A DNA stretch of 64,000 nucleotides from Candidatus Helicobacter avistercoris (GTDB lineage: Bacteria > Campylobacterota > Campylobacteria > Campylobacterales > Helicobacteraceae). Of the stretch, positions 29,760-38,658 are shown piece after piece. Below the pieces are notes generated by a model. That model was not told the DNA's origin. It saw nothing but the letters and a program-made list of their open reading frames with translations, and ran no database searches. The position numbers were made by a program, and so were the translations under genes. Location: positions 1,807 to 65,806 of the forward strand of contig DXDJ01000004.1 in NCBI GenBank assembly GCA_019115525.1, read 5' to 3'. The number at the start of each line of letters is the position of its first letter. The stretch's first letter is position 1.

Positions 29760-32234
29760 TTATTCTTTTAGAAACCCATACTCATAAATTTTTGGTTTTA
29801 GTTTTTTTGCCAAAGTATTGAGAGAATCAGCAAGCTCAGCCATAAGATCCTTGTAATGAGTATCTTTGGCTTGGTGTGTTTTATTCATTTCGCCTTTTGC
29901 ATTTCTTCCTTGAAAAAATTCCTTGATATCATAAAAAGAAGCATTAACATTGTAGGGCTTGGTACTGAAATCTTGGGAATGATAATATGCAAATACTTTT
30001 CTTCCTGCATCAAATACCATTTTTGCTTCATAGCTAAAGTTCAATTTCTCACTTTTACCCTTATTTTCAAATAGAGAATCATGCCTTCCCTCAAGTTTTA
30101 CTTTACCACCGATAAAACGAGTCATAAAATCACTTTCAAACGCACTCTTTGCTCCAATTTCTGATTCTGTAAATGGGATAAAGTGATTTGTTCCATTTTG
30201 ACTTGAGATTTTATTTTGTCCGTGAAAGAGTGCAAAAGCCAAGCAATCACTTTGAAATTCTTTATCCTCTTCCCATAAAGAATTTGGAATATAAAATTGA
30301 TCTCTATCATTTATCCAAGTTGCATCTATTGCGTGGCGGATTGCAAGATACATACTCATCGGAATAATATTTTGCTTAGTAATTCGTGTAAAAAGATGTT
30401 TTTTTATATCATTGTCTGTTAGCTTATTTGCAAAAAAGACACCTTGATTATTTTGGAAATCTGAACCAATCATTCTTAAAAATGCAAGGCTATCGTTATT
30501 TTTATCATAAAAATTTCTTAGCCACCTTACCATTGTATTTTGCTGTTCGCTTGAATCTGCATAAAAATTTTTAGATTCTAAATAACGATTTGTTTCATCA
30601 AATACCCCAAGTGTAACTTTTTCTATCTTGACTTTCTGTTTTGTGTCCCAAATCAAAAAACCAATAGGAAATCTACCATTGACATTATCAAAAGTATATG
30701 AGGGAGAAATAAAACCATTTAATAATTTAGCTTTAAAGATTTTTCTAAAAGTTTCTGATTGCTGTGCATTGATATATTTTAGCTTTGAAAAACTTGCCAA
30801 AATGCAACCACTAATCTCTTGGTAAATTCTCATAAAAAATTGAGCAAATAATTCTTTTCTTGCCCCACCCAATTCAGTCTGATATTTAATTGCCATTCTT
30901 GTGTCTGCCACTGCCTTTTTATTCTGTCCTGTTCCACTACGAGTAGAAGTTGTGCTTACCTCTGCATAGGGCGGGTTGATATAAATCACAAGCTTTTGCC
31001 TCTTTTTCTCATCTTTGAGAATCTCTTGCAAAGCTTTTGGGACTTTTGATTCTATAAGGACATTGCCCCTTTCATCAACTTTATCAAAAAACTCATCATT
31101 GAGAAAATCAAACTGAAAAATATGATTTTCAAAGAGATTTGCTCCCTTTTTGATTCTCTCTTTGATGACATCGACATCGGCTTGATCGAGGGTGGAGCAA
31201 AAAACATTTCTAGGGTTGGTTAGTCCTGCGAGGAGATTGCCCGTCCCTCCCGCACAATCCCACACATAATACTCCTCTTGCCAATCCTCTCCCAAAGCTT
31301 TGGCTAGGTATTCTTGGGATTTTTGCACCCAAATTTTGGGAGTGAAAAACGCCCCCTTGCGTTCTCTGACATCTTGAGCCACTAGCAAATCACGCCTTGC
31401 GATGATATAGTCCCAAAACTCCTCTCTTGGAGGGCGTTTATACACACTCCAAAACTCTTGATGAGCTTTTTGATTGTCTTTGAAGTTGGCGATTTCATTG
31501 CTTTGAGTGCCTAAGAGAGTGAGCTTTTTGTTAAATTCGTAATGTGAGCCCTTAAGGATTGTATAAAGTTTGTCTGTGATTGTGGAGTTTTGCTCTGAAA
31601 GTAAGTCTGCAAGATAGAAATCTGCATCGAGGATTCCCACCTGCTTGGCTCTATCCCAATCGATGTTAATAGTATCTTTGACTACCTCTACCCACTTGAA
31701 ATACACGCTTACAAAGTTATTTTTGTCTATTTCGTATTGATTGATTTCATCGGTTGTGAGATTTTGGGCGATGAAGTTTTTGAGCTCATCGCTTTGCTTC
31801 TCATAGGAGAAAAGGATTTTTTCTTTTTCAAGTATGGGCTTGAGCTGAGCGAGGAGAAAGAGGAACTGAGGGGTTTTGTGATTGCTTGGCGTGACACTCC
31901 AATCAATGTCATTTTGATAAAACACCTCTTGGATACTTGCATAAGGCAGAAATGCAAATTTCTCTGCGTCAAATGCTCCTAGAAACTTTGGGGTTTGCTG
32001 TGTGTTGTATTTTTCTTTCTTTATTGTAAAAATAAGCTGAATAAATGATTCAAGAATACACGAATCTTGCCCTTTTTTGGCTTCAGCCCATAGGAGATTG
32101 ACTTCGCCTAAGATTCCGAGATTTTGTGTGATCCAGAAGTCGATTTTGTCGCCAAAGTAGTTGAATTTCTTGAAATAAAGATCTTTTATCTTGCTTTTGA
32201 GTTTTTCTTCTGTGAGGGTAAGAAGCTCTTGCAT
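29760..32234 (-). CDS. Type IIG-like fused restriction endonuclease / N6-adenine methyltransferase
   Basis: N-terminal D...LLWAEAK PD-(D/E)xK-like motif; GAFFTP (X), WDCAGGTGNL (I), INPPY (IV); C-terminal specificity region. Confidence 0.8.
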   Translation of the reverse strand: MQELLTLTEEKLKSKIKDLYFKKFNYFGDKIDFWITQNLGILGEVNLLWAEAKKGQDSCILESFIQLIFTIKKEKYNTQQTPKFLGAFDAEKFAFLPYASIQEVFYQNDIDWSVTPSNHKTPQFLFLLAQLKPILEKEKILFSYEKQSDELKNFIAQNLTTDEINQYEIDKNNFVSVYFKWVEVVKDTINIDWDRAKQVGILDADFYLADLLSEQNSTITDKLYTILKGSHYEFNKKLTLLGTQSNEIANFKDNQKAHQEFWSVYKRPPREEFWDYIIARRDLLVAQDVRERKGAFFTPKIWVQKSQEYLAKALGEDWQEEYYVWDCAGGTGNLLAGLTNPRNVFCSTLDQADVDVIKERIKKGANLFENHIFQFDFLNDEFFDKVDERGNVLIESKVPKALQEILKDEKKRQKLVIYINPPYAEVSTTSTRSGTGQNKKAVADTRMAIKYQTELGGARKELFAQFFMRIYQEISGCILASFSKLKYINAQQSETFRKIFKAKLLNGFISPSYTFDNVNGRFPIGFLIWDTKQKVKIEKVTLGVFDETNRYLESKNFYADSSEQQNTMVRWLRNFYDKNNDSLAFLRMIGSDFQNNQGVFFANKLTDNDIKKHLFTRITKQNIIPMSMYLAIRHAIDATWINDRDQFYIPNSLWEEDKEFQSDCLAFALFHGQNKISSQNGTNHFIPFTESEIGAKSAFESDFMTRFIGGKVKLEGRHDSLFENKGKSEKLNFSYEAKMVFDAGRKVFAYYHSQDFSTKPYNVNASFYDIKEFFQGRNAKGEMNKTHQAKDTHYKDLMAELADSLNTLAKKLKPKIYEYGFLKE

Positions 32235-32284
32235 TGAAATATCCTTGTGTTGAATTGAAAAATAATGATTATATCAATAGGGGT

Positions 32285-32308
32285 TTTGCAAAATCAAGTC
32301 AAAAAGAG
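32285..32308 (+). repeat. Right copy of the 24-bp imperfect direct repeat flanking the R-M gene
   Basis: TTTGCAAAATCAAGTCAAAAAGAG. Confidence 0.8.
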
Positions 32309-32318
32309 AAAAATATCA

Positions 32319-33068
32319 CTAGCACTCCACTTTTCTCTTCCACTCCCTCAGCTCCCTCTCTCTACTCTGCCAATCAGGCATTTTCTCACTCATCATTGCA
32401 TAAAATTTCTTATCGTGGTTATAGTGGAAGAAATGGATCATCTCATGCAATGCCACATACTCAATCATCCTTCTTGGCATTTTGATCAGCGAGAGATTGA
32501 GATTGATATAGCCTTTTTTGGGGTTGAGAGAACCCCAGCGAGAAGTCATCTTTTTGATTGAGAGATGAGAGATTTTCACACCCATTTCCCTTTCCCACTC
32601 AGCCAAAACCTCCGCATAGACTTTATAGGCTTCAGCCTTTTGCCACTTCTGTATCGCTTCTTTGATATGCTCCTCACTCTTTGCCTCCACCTCTAGCATA
32701 CCCTCTTGTAAGCTCACTTTTGCCCTAGCTGAGAGAGAAAAACAAATCTGCTTTTTCTCTCCTAGATGATAGATTGTCCCTCCATTTTTATAGCTCTCCT
32801 CACTTTTTTGTGGGATAGTGTTAAGTCTTGAGCGTATCCACTCCTCTCTTTTTCTCACAACGCTTTCTATCTCATCTACACTCACGCCATAAGGGGAGCT
32901 GATATGCAGATGAGTGGGGGATTTGATCCTCAAGATGATGTTTTTGATATTTTTGTATTCAAGTGTGATTTTGGTTTCAGGTAGAAAGAAAAGGTTTTGA
33001 ATCTCTTTTACTCTTTTTGCCCTCCTACTCTTGCCCCCTCCACCCCCTAGCCACTCCCAAAACCCCAA
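32319..33068 (-). CDS. M48/SprT-like (YgjP, DUF45) zinc metalloprotease; start uncertain
   Basis: KMTSRWGS, LNLSL, YVALHEMIHF (HExxH), HDKKFY. Confidence 0.85.
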   Translation of the reverse strand: MGFWEWLGGGGGKSRRAKRVKEIQNLFFLPETKITLEYKNIKNIILRIKSPTHLHISSPYGVSVDEIESVVRKREEWIRSRLNTIPQKSEESYKNGGTIYHLGEKKQICFSLSARAKVSLQEGMLEVEAKSEEHIKEAIQKWQKAEAYKVYAEVLAEWEREMGVKISHLSIKKMTSRWGSLNPKKGYINLNLSLIKMPRRMIEYVALHEMIHFFHYNHDKKFYAMMSEKMPDWQSRERELREWKRKVEC

Positions 33069-33074
33069 ATCCCC

Positions 33075-33416
33075 CTACTCCATTTCAAGATGAAGCAAAG
33101 TCATCTCTTCACCATCAAGGATTTTTACCTCACTGCTTTGGCATTTTTGGCATTGCACAAGATGTTGATCTACCTCACTCACTGCTCCACACTCTTTGCA
33201 CTCCAGCACCAAAGGTTGCACGACATACTCTATTTTGGCATCCTCTAGCACACTGCCGACCTTAAAGGTTTCTAACGCCCTTTGAAATAGTCCTAGCTCG
33301 ATTCCGCTAAGGATTCCCACTTTTACCTTTGCTTCTAGCACCCTTTGACACTCATTTTCTCGCACATAATCCCCACAAAGCTCGATGAAGGATTGCACCA
33401 CTGAATACTCATGCAT
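33075..33416 (-). CDS. hypA: Hydrogenase maturation nickel metallochaperone
   Basis: MHEYS, CKEC and CQKC zinc motifs, GEEMTL; ATG overlaps the hypE stop. Confidence 0.95.
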   Translation of the reverse strand: MHEYSVVQSFIELCGDYVRENECQRVLEAKVKVGILSGIELGLFQRALETFKVGSVLEDAKIEYVVQPLVLECKECGAVSEVDQHLVQCQKCQSSEVKILDGEEMTLLHLEME

Positions 33417-34420
33417 TAGCAAATCCTTGGCAATATCTCACCGCTTGGCATATCCAAAAATCTCTTTGTCCCATAGCTTGAGCAAAGCACCACTTTCCCC
33501 TCATACTCTTTATCCACTTTGCCTATGGCTCTTGCTTCCACGCTCAAAGGATTGCAATGCAGAAGCTCTAGCACTCTCTCTGTCTCACTTTGTGGCACTG
33601 CCATGACAAATGTCCCCTCATTAGCTAACGCATACGCCTCAAGTCCCAAGAACTCGCAGATTCCTTGCACTTCACTTGAGATAGGGATGTTTTCTTCTTC
33701 AAGCTGAATGCAAACTTTTGAAGCCTTCGCCCACTCATTTAGCACAGCAGAAAGCCCCCCTCTTGTGGCATCTCTAAGGGCTTTGATTTTCACTCCGCTC
33801 TTAAACACACTCTCAAGCACTTGCCACAAAGACGCACAATCCGAGCTTAGAGATGAAACTAGCTCGATCCCCTCTCTTTGGGCGAAAATACTTGCTCCAT
33901 GTTTTCCGATACTATTGGATACGATGATGACATCGCCATCGCTCAGATTGTTTGCTGAGATTCCCTCATAGATGACTTCCCCAATCCCTGCGGTGTTGAT
34001 ATACACGCCATCAGCTTGTCCTTTGGCGACGACTTTTGTATCTCCTGTGATGATTTTCACACCATTTTTTTCACACTCTTTTGCCATAGAAGTAGCGATT
34101 TGCTCTAGTTTTTCCACCTCAAAGCCCTCTTCGATGATAAAAGAAGCACTCAAATACTTTGGCTTTGCTCCCATCATTACCAAATCATTGCAAGTCCCAC
34201 AAATGCTAAGCTTTCCGATATCTCCACCATTGAAAAACAGCGGAGAGATTGTAAAAGAATCTGTGCTAAATGCAAGTTTTCCGCTTGCTTCAAAGACTGA
34301 AGCATCATTGCTCTGCTCTAAGATTTCATTTTTAAAATGCTTGTAGAAAATCCTCTCAATCAAAGCATTGTTCTCACTTGCACCATTCCCGCAAGCAAGA
34401 GTAATTTTCTCAAACTTCAT
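33416..34420 (-). CDS. hypE: Hydrogenase maturation protein HypE
   Basis: FSTDSF, GGDIGKLSICGTCND, RDATRGG, C-terminal LPRIC. Confidence 0.97.
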   Translation of the reverse strand: MKFEKITLACGNGASENNALIERIFYKHFKNEILEQSNDASVFEASGKLAFSTDSFTISPLFFNGGDIGKLSICGTCNDLVMMGAKPKYLSASFIIEEGFEVEKLEQIATSMAKECEKNGVKIITGDTKVVAKGQADGVYINTAGIGEVIYEGISANNLSDGDVIIVSNSIGKHGASIFAQREGIELVSSLSSDCASLWQVLESVFKSGVKIKALRDATRGGLSAVLNEWAKASKVCIQLEEENIPISSEVQGICEFLGLEAYALANEGTFVMAVPQSETERVLELLHCNPLSVEARAIGKVDKEYEGKVVLCSSYGTKRFLDMPSGEILPRIC

Positions 34421-34429
34421 CTCTCTCTC

Positions 34430-35548
34430 CTAAAGTAAATTTCCATATCTAAAGTAAGCATTACAAACCCCCTCACCGCTTACCATACAGCTTCCAATAG
34501 GTGAAGTGGGTGTGCAAGCCTTGCCAAAGAGTTTGCACTCTGTAGGTTTTGCACTTCCACAAATGATTTTTGGACAGATACACCCCTTAGGCTCTGGCAC
34601 TTTCTCTTTTGGCAAAATATCTGCATGTATCACTTCTGCATCATACTCTTTGAACTCATCTTTGAGCTTAAGTGCAGAGTGAGGGATCTCTCCAATCCCT
34701 CTCCACTCAAAGCTCTCTCTGCTCTCAAAAAATCTTTTCATTTTTTCTTGAGCTAAGACATTGCCCTCAGGTGTTACAGAGCGAGTGTATTGATTTTCTA
34801 GCTTTGCCTCACCCTTTTGCACTTGAGAGAGGATCATTGATAATCCCTCTAGCACATCCACAGGCTCAAATCCAGCTACAACTGTTGGGCGAGAAAAATC
34901 TCTGGGAAACTCTTCATAAATCTTGCTTCCAGTAATCACTGAAACATGCGAGGGAGCGATGAAAGCATCGATTTGCACCTCAGGGATATTGAGAACTGCT
35001 CTCATTGGTGGTGGGACTAAAACATGGTTGATATGGAAATAAATATTTTTTATCCCCTCTTCTATCACTCGCTCTAGGAGTGCTGAAGTCATTGGCGTTG
35101 TAGTTTCAAAACCAATAGCAAAATAGACGATTTTTTTGTTTGGGTTCTCTTTTGCAATCTTGACGAGATCCAGTGGGCTATACACAAATCTCACATCCGC
35201 ACCATTGGCTCTCTCTTGAGCTAGTGAGCCACTTGAGCTTGGCACCCTGATCATATCTCCTAGTGTTGCTAAAATCACATCTTTTTGCTTTGCGAGTGCT
35301 ATGGCGTGATTGATGCGTGATTTGCTCATCACACACACAGGACAACCTGGCCCATGGATAAACTCAAAAACCTCGCTAACAAGCTGATTGATCCCATACT
35401 TCATAATACTATGGGTATGCCCTCCACACACTTCCATAACGCGGATTTTTTTATCCAAACCTTTGGCTTGCGCTTTGATTTTCTCACTCCAAGCCAAGAT
35501 ACTTTTTGGATCTCTAAAGCCTTGATACAAATCTTTTAGACTAAGCAT
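34430..35548 (-). CDS. hypD: Hydrogenase maturation protein HypD
   Basis: MEVCGGHTH, HGPGCPVC, GFETT, PSHVS, GSCMVSGEGVC. Confidence 0.97.
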   Translation of the reverse strand: MLSLKDLYQGFRDPKSILAWSEKIKAQAKGLDKKIRVMEVCGGHTHSIMKYGINQLVSEVFEFIHGPGCPVCVMSKSRINHAIALAKQKDVILATLGDMIRVPSSSGSLAQERANGADVRFVYSPLDLVKIAKENPNKKIVYFAIGFETTTPMTSALLERVIEEGIKNIYFHINHVLVPPPMRAVLNIPEVQIDAFIAPSHVSVITGSKIYEEFPRDFSRPTVVAGFEPVDVLEGLSMILSQVQKGEAKLENQYTRSVTPEGNVLAQEKMKRFFESRESFEWRGIGEIPHSALKLKDEFKEYDAEVIHADILPKEKVPEPKGCICPKIICGSAKPTECKLFGKACTPTSPIGSCMVSGEGVCNAYFRYGNLL

Positions 35549-35786
35549 TCTCTTCCTCTTGCATAGAATCTACGATTTGTTTATACAGCTCTAGGGATTC
35601 TAGGGCGTGTTCTTTGGAGATTTTATTCATCGCATAGCCAATATGGATAAGCACATAATCCCCTACTTCAATCTCTTCTTGCAAAATATCTAAGCTCACT
35701 TCTCGCTGAGTTCCCATAGTATCAACGATGCAAGTTTTTTCTTTTTTATTGATTGACACCACTTGTGATGGGATAGATAGACACAT
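35541..35786 (-). CDS. hypC: Hydrogenase maturation chaperone HypC
   Basis: MCLSIP (start moved to 35786), GDYVLIHIGYA. Confidence 0.95.
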   Translation of the reverse strand: MCLSIPSQVVSINKKEKTCIVDTMGTQREVSLDILQEEIEVGDYVLIHIGYAMNKISKEHALESLELYKQIVDSMQEEENA

Positions 35787-36451
35787 TATTTTCTCCTCTT
35801 TGAATTGATCCAAGCAATTAGCTCATCAAACCCCTCACCGCTTTTGCTTGAGAGTTTGATCATCTCTACTTTTGGATTGAGTTTTTTGGCTCTTTGCAAT
35901 ACCAAATCTGGCTCAAAGTCAAAATACTCAATCAAATCACACTTGCTCACAAGCACCAAATCCGCTTCTTTGAACATTACGGGATATTTCTCAACCTTAT
36001 CATCCCCCTCAGTTACGGAGAGCAAAACAATATTGTAATGTGTGCCCACATCATAGCTTGCAGGGCAAACAAGGTTTCCAATATTTTCTACAAAGCACAC
36101 ATCAATTCCCTCAAAGCTCATTTGTGAGAGTGCATTAGAAATCATAAACGCATCCAAATGACATGCACTACCTGTTTGGATCTGAACAGCCTCAATGCCT
36201 TTATTTCTTAGCTTATTGGCATCATTCTCGGTTTCCAAATCTCCCTCTACAACATTAAAAGCAAAGGGTTTTTTAAGTGCAAGTTGCTCCAAAGTTGTAG
36301 TCTTGCCACTACCAGGAGAACTCATAAGGTTTAGCCCTAAAATCCCTTTGCTATCGAAAAATTCACGGATCTTCATCGCTTCCTTGTCATTCTTACTCAA
36401 AACTTTCTCTACCAAATCAAGTGATTTTTTAAGTTGCGGATTATTCTGCAT
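35786..36451 (-). CDS. hypB: Hydrogenase nickel-insertion GTPase
   Basis: SSPGSGKTT, EGD, TGSACHLDA, ENIGNLVCPA, KYP. Confidence 0.96.
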   Translation of the reverse strand: MQNNPQLKKSLDLVEKVLSKNDKEAMKIREFFDSKGILGLNLMSSPGSGKTTTLEQLALKKPFAFNVVEGDLETENDANKLRNKGIEAVQIQTGSACHLDAFMISNALSQMSFEGIDVCFVENIGNLVCPASYDVGTHYNIVLLSVTEGDDKVEKYPVMFKEADLVLVSKCDLIEYFDFEPDLVLQRAKKLNPKVEMIKLSSKSGEGFDELIAWINSKRRK

Positions 36452-36453
36452 TT

Positions 36454-38658
36454 TTACTCCTTCAAAAGATAATACATTTGCCCTAGAGAGAGGCTATTGT
36501 CATTGGGTGGAATCTTGTTGCCAATATAGCAAGTTTTTCCACTTTTTCTTAACTTTTCCAAAACTTTTGCACTCAAAATATTATTACAAAATACTCCTCC
36601 ACAAAGTATGATTTTATGTTTGCTCTGCATTCCTAGAGTGCAGATGACTTCAACCAAAGTGTTGATAAACTTTGAGGCGATTTCTTGCTTTGATTGTTTT
36701 TTGTAGTCTTTTAGAATGCTTAAGAAATCTAGCTCTATCTCATTTTTTGTGATAGCAAAACCATAGTGATCATAGCCCTCAGCATAGAGATTTTGAAGCC
36801 ATACCCCACTCTCCCCCTCATAGCTTTGCACTTCCAATCCACACATAAAAGCCACCATATCAAACAATCTCCCCACACTTGAAGTGAGTGGTGAGTTGAG
36901 GGATTTTTGGTGCATTTGATAAAGCGTGGCGATCTCTTGAGGAGTTTTGTTGCACTCTAGCTTTTGCACTTCTTCTAAAGGGAAATAATCAAAGGCTATG
37001 GAGAGGAAGTTTCTTGCAATATCTTTGGTTGCCACCTCACCTCCTAAAAGCTTAAAATACCTAAAATGTGCCACTCTCTCAAACCTTTCTTTGTTTGCCT
37101 CTAGCACCTCTCCTCCCCAAATCGCTCCATCTTCTCCATATCCAGTCCCATCAAAGCAAAAGCTTAAAATCTTCTCACTTATCCCATATTCAAAGCACAC
37201 ACTCAGAGTATGAGCGAAATGGTGCTGGAGCTGGACTAGCTCTGCTCCCATCTCTTCTGCCAAATCCTTGGCAATTTTACTGCTCTCATAATTTGGATGC
37301 AAATCACAGGCAATTTGTTCAAACTTTTTGATCCCGTAGAGTTCTTGAAATTTTTTGATTGAAGCTCTAAAGCGTGAAATGCTTTCAAGATTGTCCAAAT
37401 CCCCAATATAAGGGGAGAGAATCACCATATCCTCAAATGCAATACTAAAATTTGCCTTTTGATTACCTCCAAGAGAGAGGAGCGGATTTTGTAGTTTGTA
37501 GGGCAGTCTAAAACTGCTAGGTGCGTATCCTCGAGCATTTCTTAGCACTATCTCTTCTTGAGTGCTTAAAACTTGCACTATCGAATCTTCTATTGGATTG
37601 TTAATCTCTCTTTGATGAGAGAGTGAAAGCGTGGTGATATAGGCAAGCTTGCTTAAATCTTCTCTTTTGTAGATGATTGGCTCACCCTTTGGATTGGCAG
37701 AGGTTACAACAAGAGGAGAGTACAAAAAAGAAAACAAAAGCTCATAAATTGGCGTATAGGGAAGCATAACCCCATAAGTTTGAAGATTTGGGGCAATGCC
37801 TTTTAGATATTGCTTTGCTTTGAGTAAAACAATGGGGGCTTTGGGAGAGAGCAGAATTTCTTCTTCTTTGGGGGTGAGAAAAGCAATCTCTCTTACCTGC
37901 TCTAGATTTTTGCACATCAGAGCAAAAGGTTTGCTTGGACGATTTTTTAGCTCTCTTAGCTTTTGGATTGTTTTCTCATTGCTTGCATCACAAACCAAAT
38001 GAAATCCTCCAATCCCTTCAATCAACAAAATCTCACCCTCTCTGAGACTCAAAGCCATATCTTTGAAAATCTCTACACAATCAGCCACAACCTCTCCCCT
38101 CCAATATATCTTAGGCGAACACGCTGGACAAGATATAGGCTGAGCATGAAAAAAACGACTGCGTGGGTTGGTGTATTGCTCCTTGCATTTCTCACACATC
38201 TCAAACTCAGCCATAGAGGTGCGTTCTCTATCATAAGGCAGAGCTTTGATCACGCTGTATCGTGGGCCACAATTTGTGCAGTTTATCAGTGGATAAAAGT
38301 AGCGAGGATTATCTTTTGCAAAAAGCTCTTTTCTGCAATTCTCACAGATTCCAAGCTCAAGGACTGGGGGGATGAGATAGTGATTTGCCTCCTCGCTTTG
38401 TAAGATCTCAAATCCCTCATAAGGCTGACTGTTAATTTTGGAGTAGTCTATCTTTTGGATTTGAGCGACTTTTGGGGCTTTTTGAGGTAGGGTTCTTAAA
38501 AACTCTTCACACCTCTCTCCTTGAACAAGCACTTCAACTCCTAAGGAATTGTTTTTGACATAGCCACAGAGATTGAGAGAATGAGCAAGATTACTAACAA
38601 AGGGGCGAAATCCAACGCCTTGGATGATTCCTTGGATTTGGATTTTGAGAGTTTTCAT
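36454..38658 (-). CDS. hypF: Carbamoyltransferase HypF
   Basis: VQ-type GVGFRPF acylphosphatase domain, CTNCGPRY and C..C zinc fingers, QHHFAH, DGTGYGEDG, PPND. Confidence 0.96.
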   Translation of the reverse strand: MKTLKIQIQGIIQGVGFRPFVSNLAHSLNLCGYVKNNSLGVEVLVQGERCEEFLRTLPQKAPKVAQIQKIDYSKINSQPYEGFEILQSEEANHYLIPPVLELGICENCRKELFAKDNPRYFYPLINCTNCGPRYSVIKALPYDRERTSMAEFEMCEKCKEQYTNPRSRFFHAQPISCPACSPKIYWRGEVVADCVEIFKDMALSLREGEILLIEGIGGFHLVCDASNEKTIQKLRELKNRPSKPFALMCKNLEQVREIAFLTPKEEEILLSPKAPIVLLKAKQYLKGIAPNLQTYGVMLPYTPIYELLFSFLYSPLVVTSANPKGEPIIYKREDLSKLAYITTLSLSHQREINNPIEDSIVQVLSTQEEIVLRNARGYAPSSFRLPYKLQNPLLSLGGNQKANFSIAFEDMVILSPYIGDLDNLESISRFRASIKKFQELYGIKKFEQIACDLHPNYESSKIAKDLAEEMGAELVQLQHHFAHTLSVCFEYGISEKILSFCFDGTGYGEDGAIWGGEVLEANKERFERVAHFRYFKLLGGEVATKDIARNFLSIAFDYFPLEEVQKLECNKTPQEIATLYQMHQKSLNSPLTSSVGRLFDMVAFMCGLEVQSYEGESGVWLQNLYAEGYDHYGFAITKNEIELDFLSILKDYKKQSKQEIASKFINTLVEVICTLGMQSKHKIILCGGVFCNNILSAKVLEKLRKSGKTCYIGNKIPPNDNSLSLGQMYYLLKE

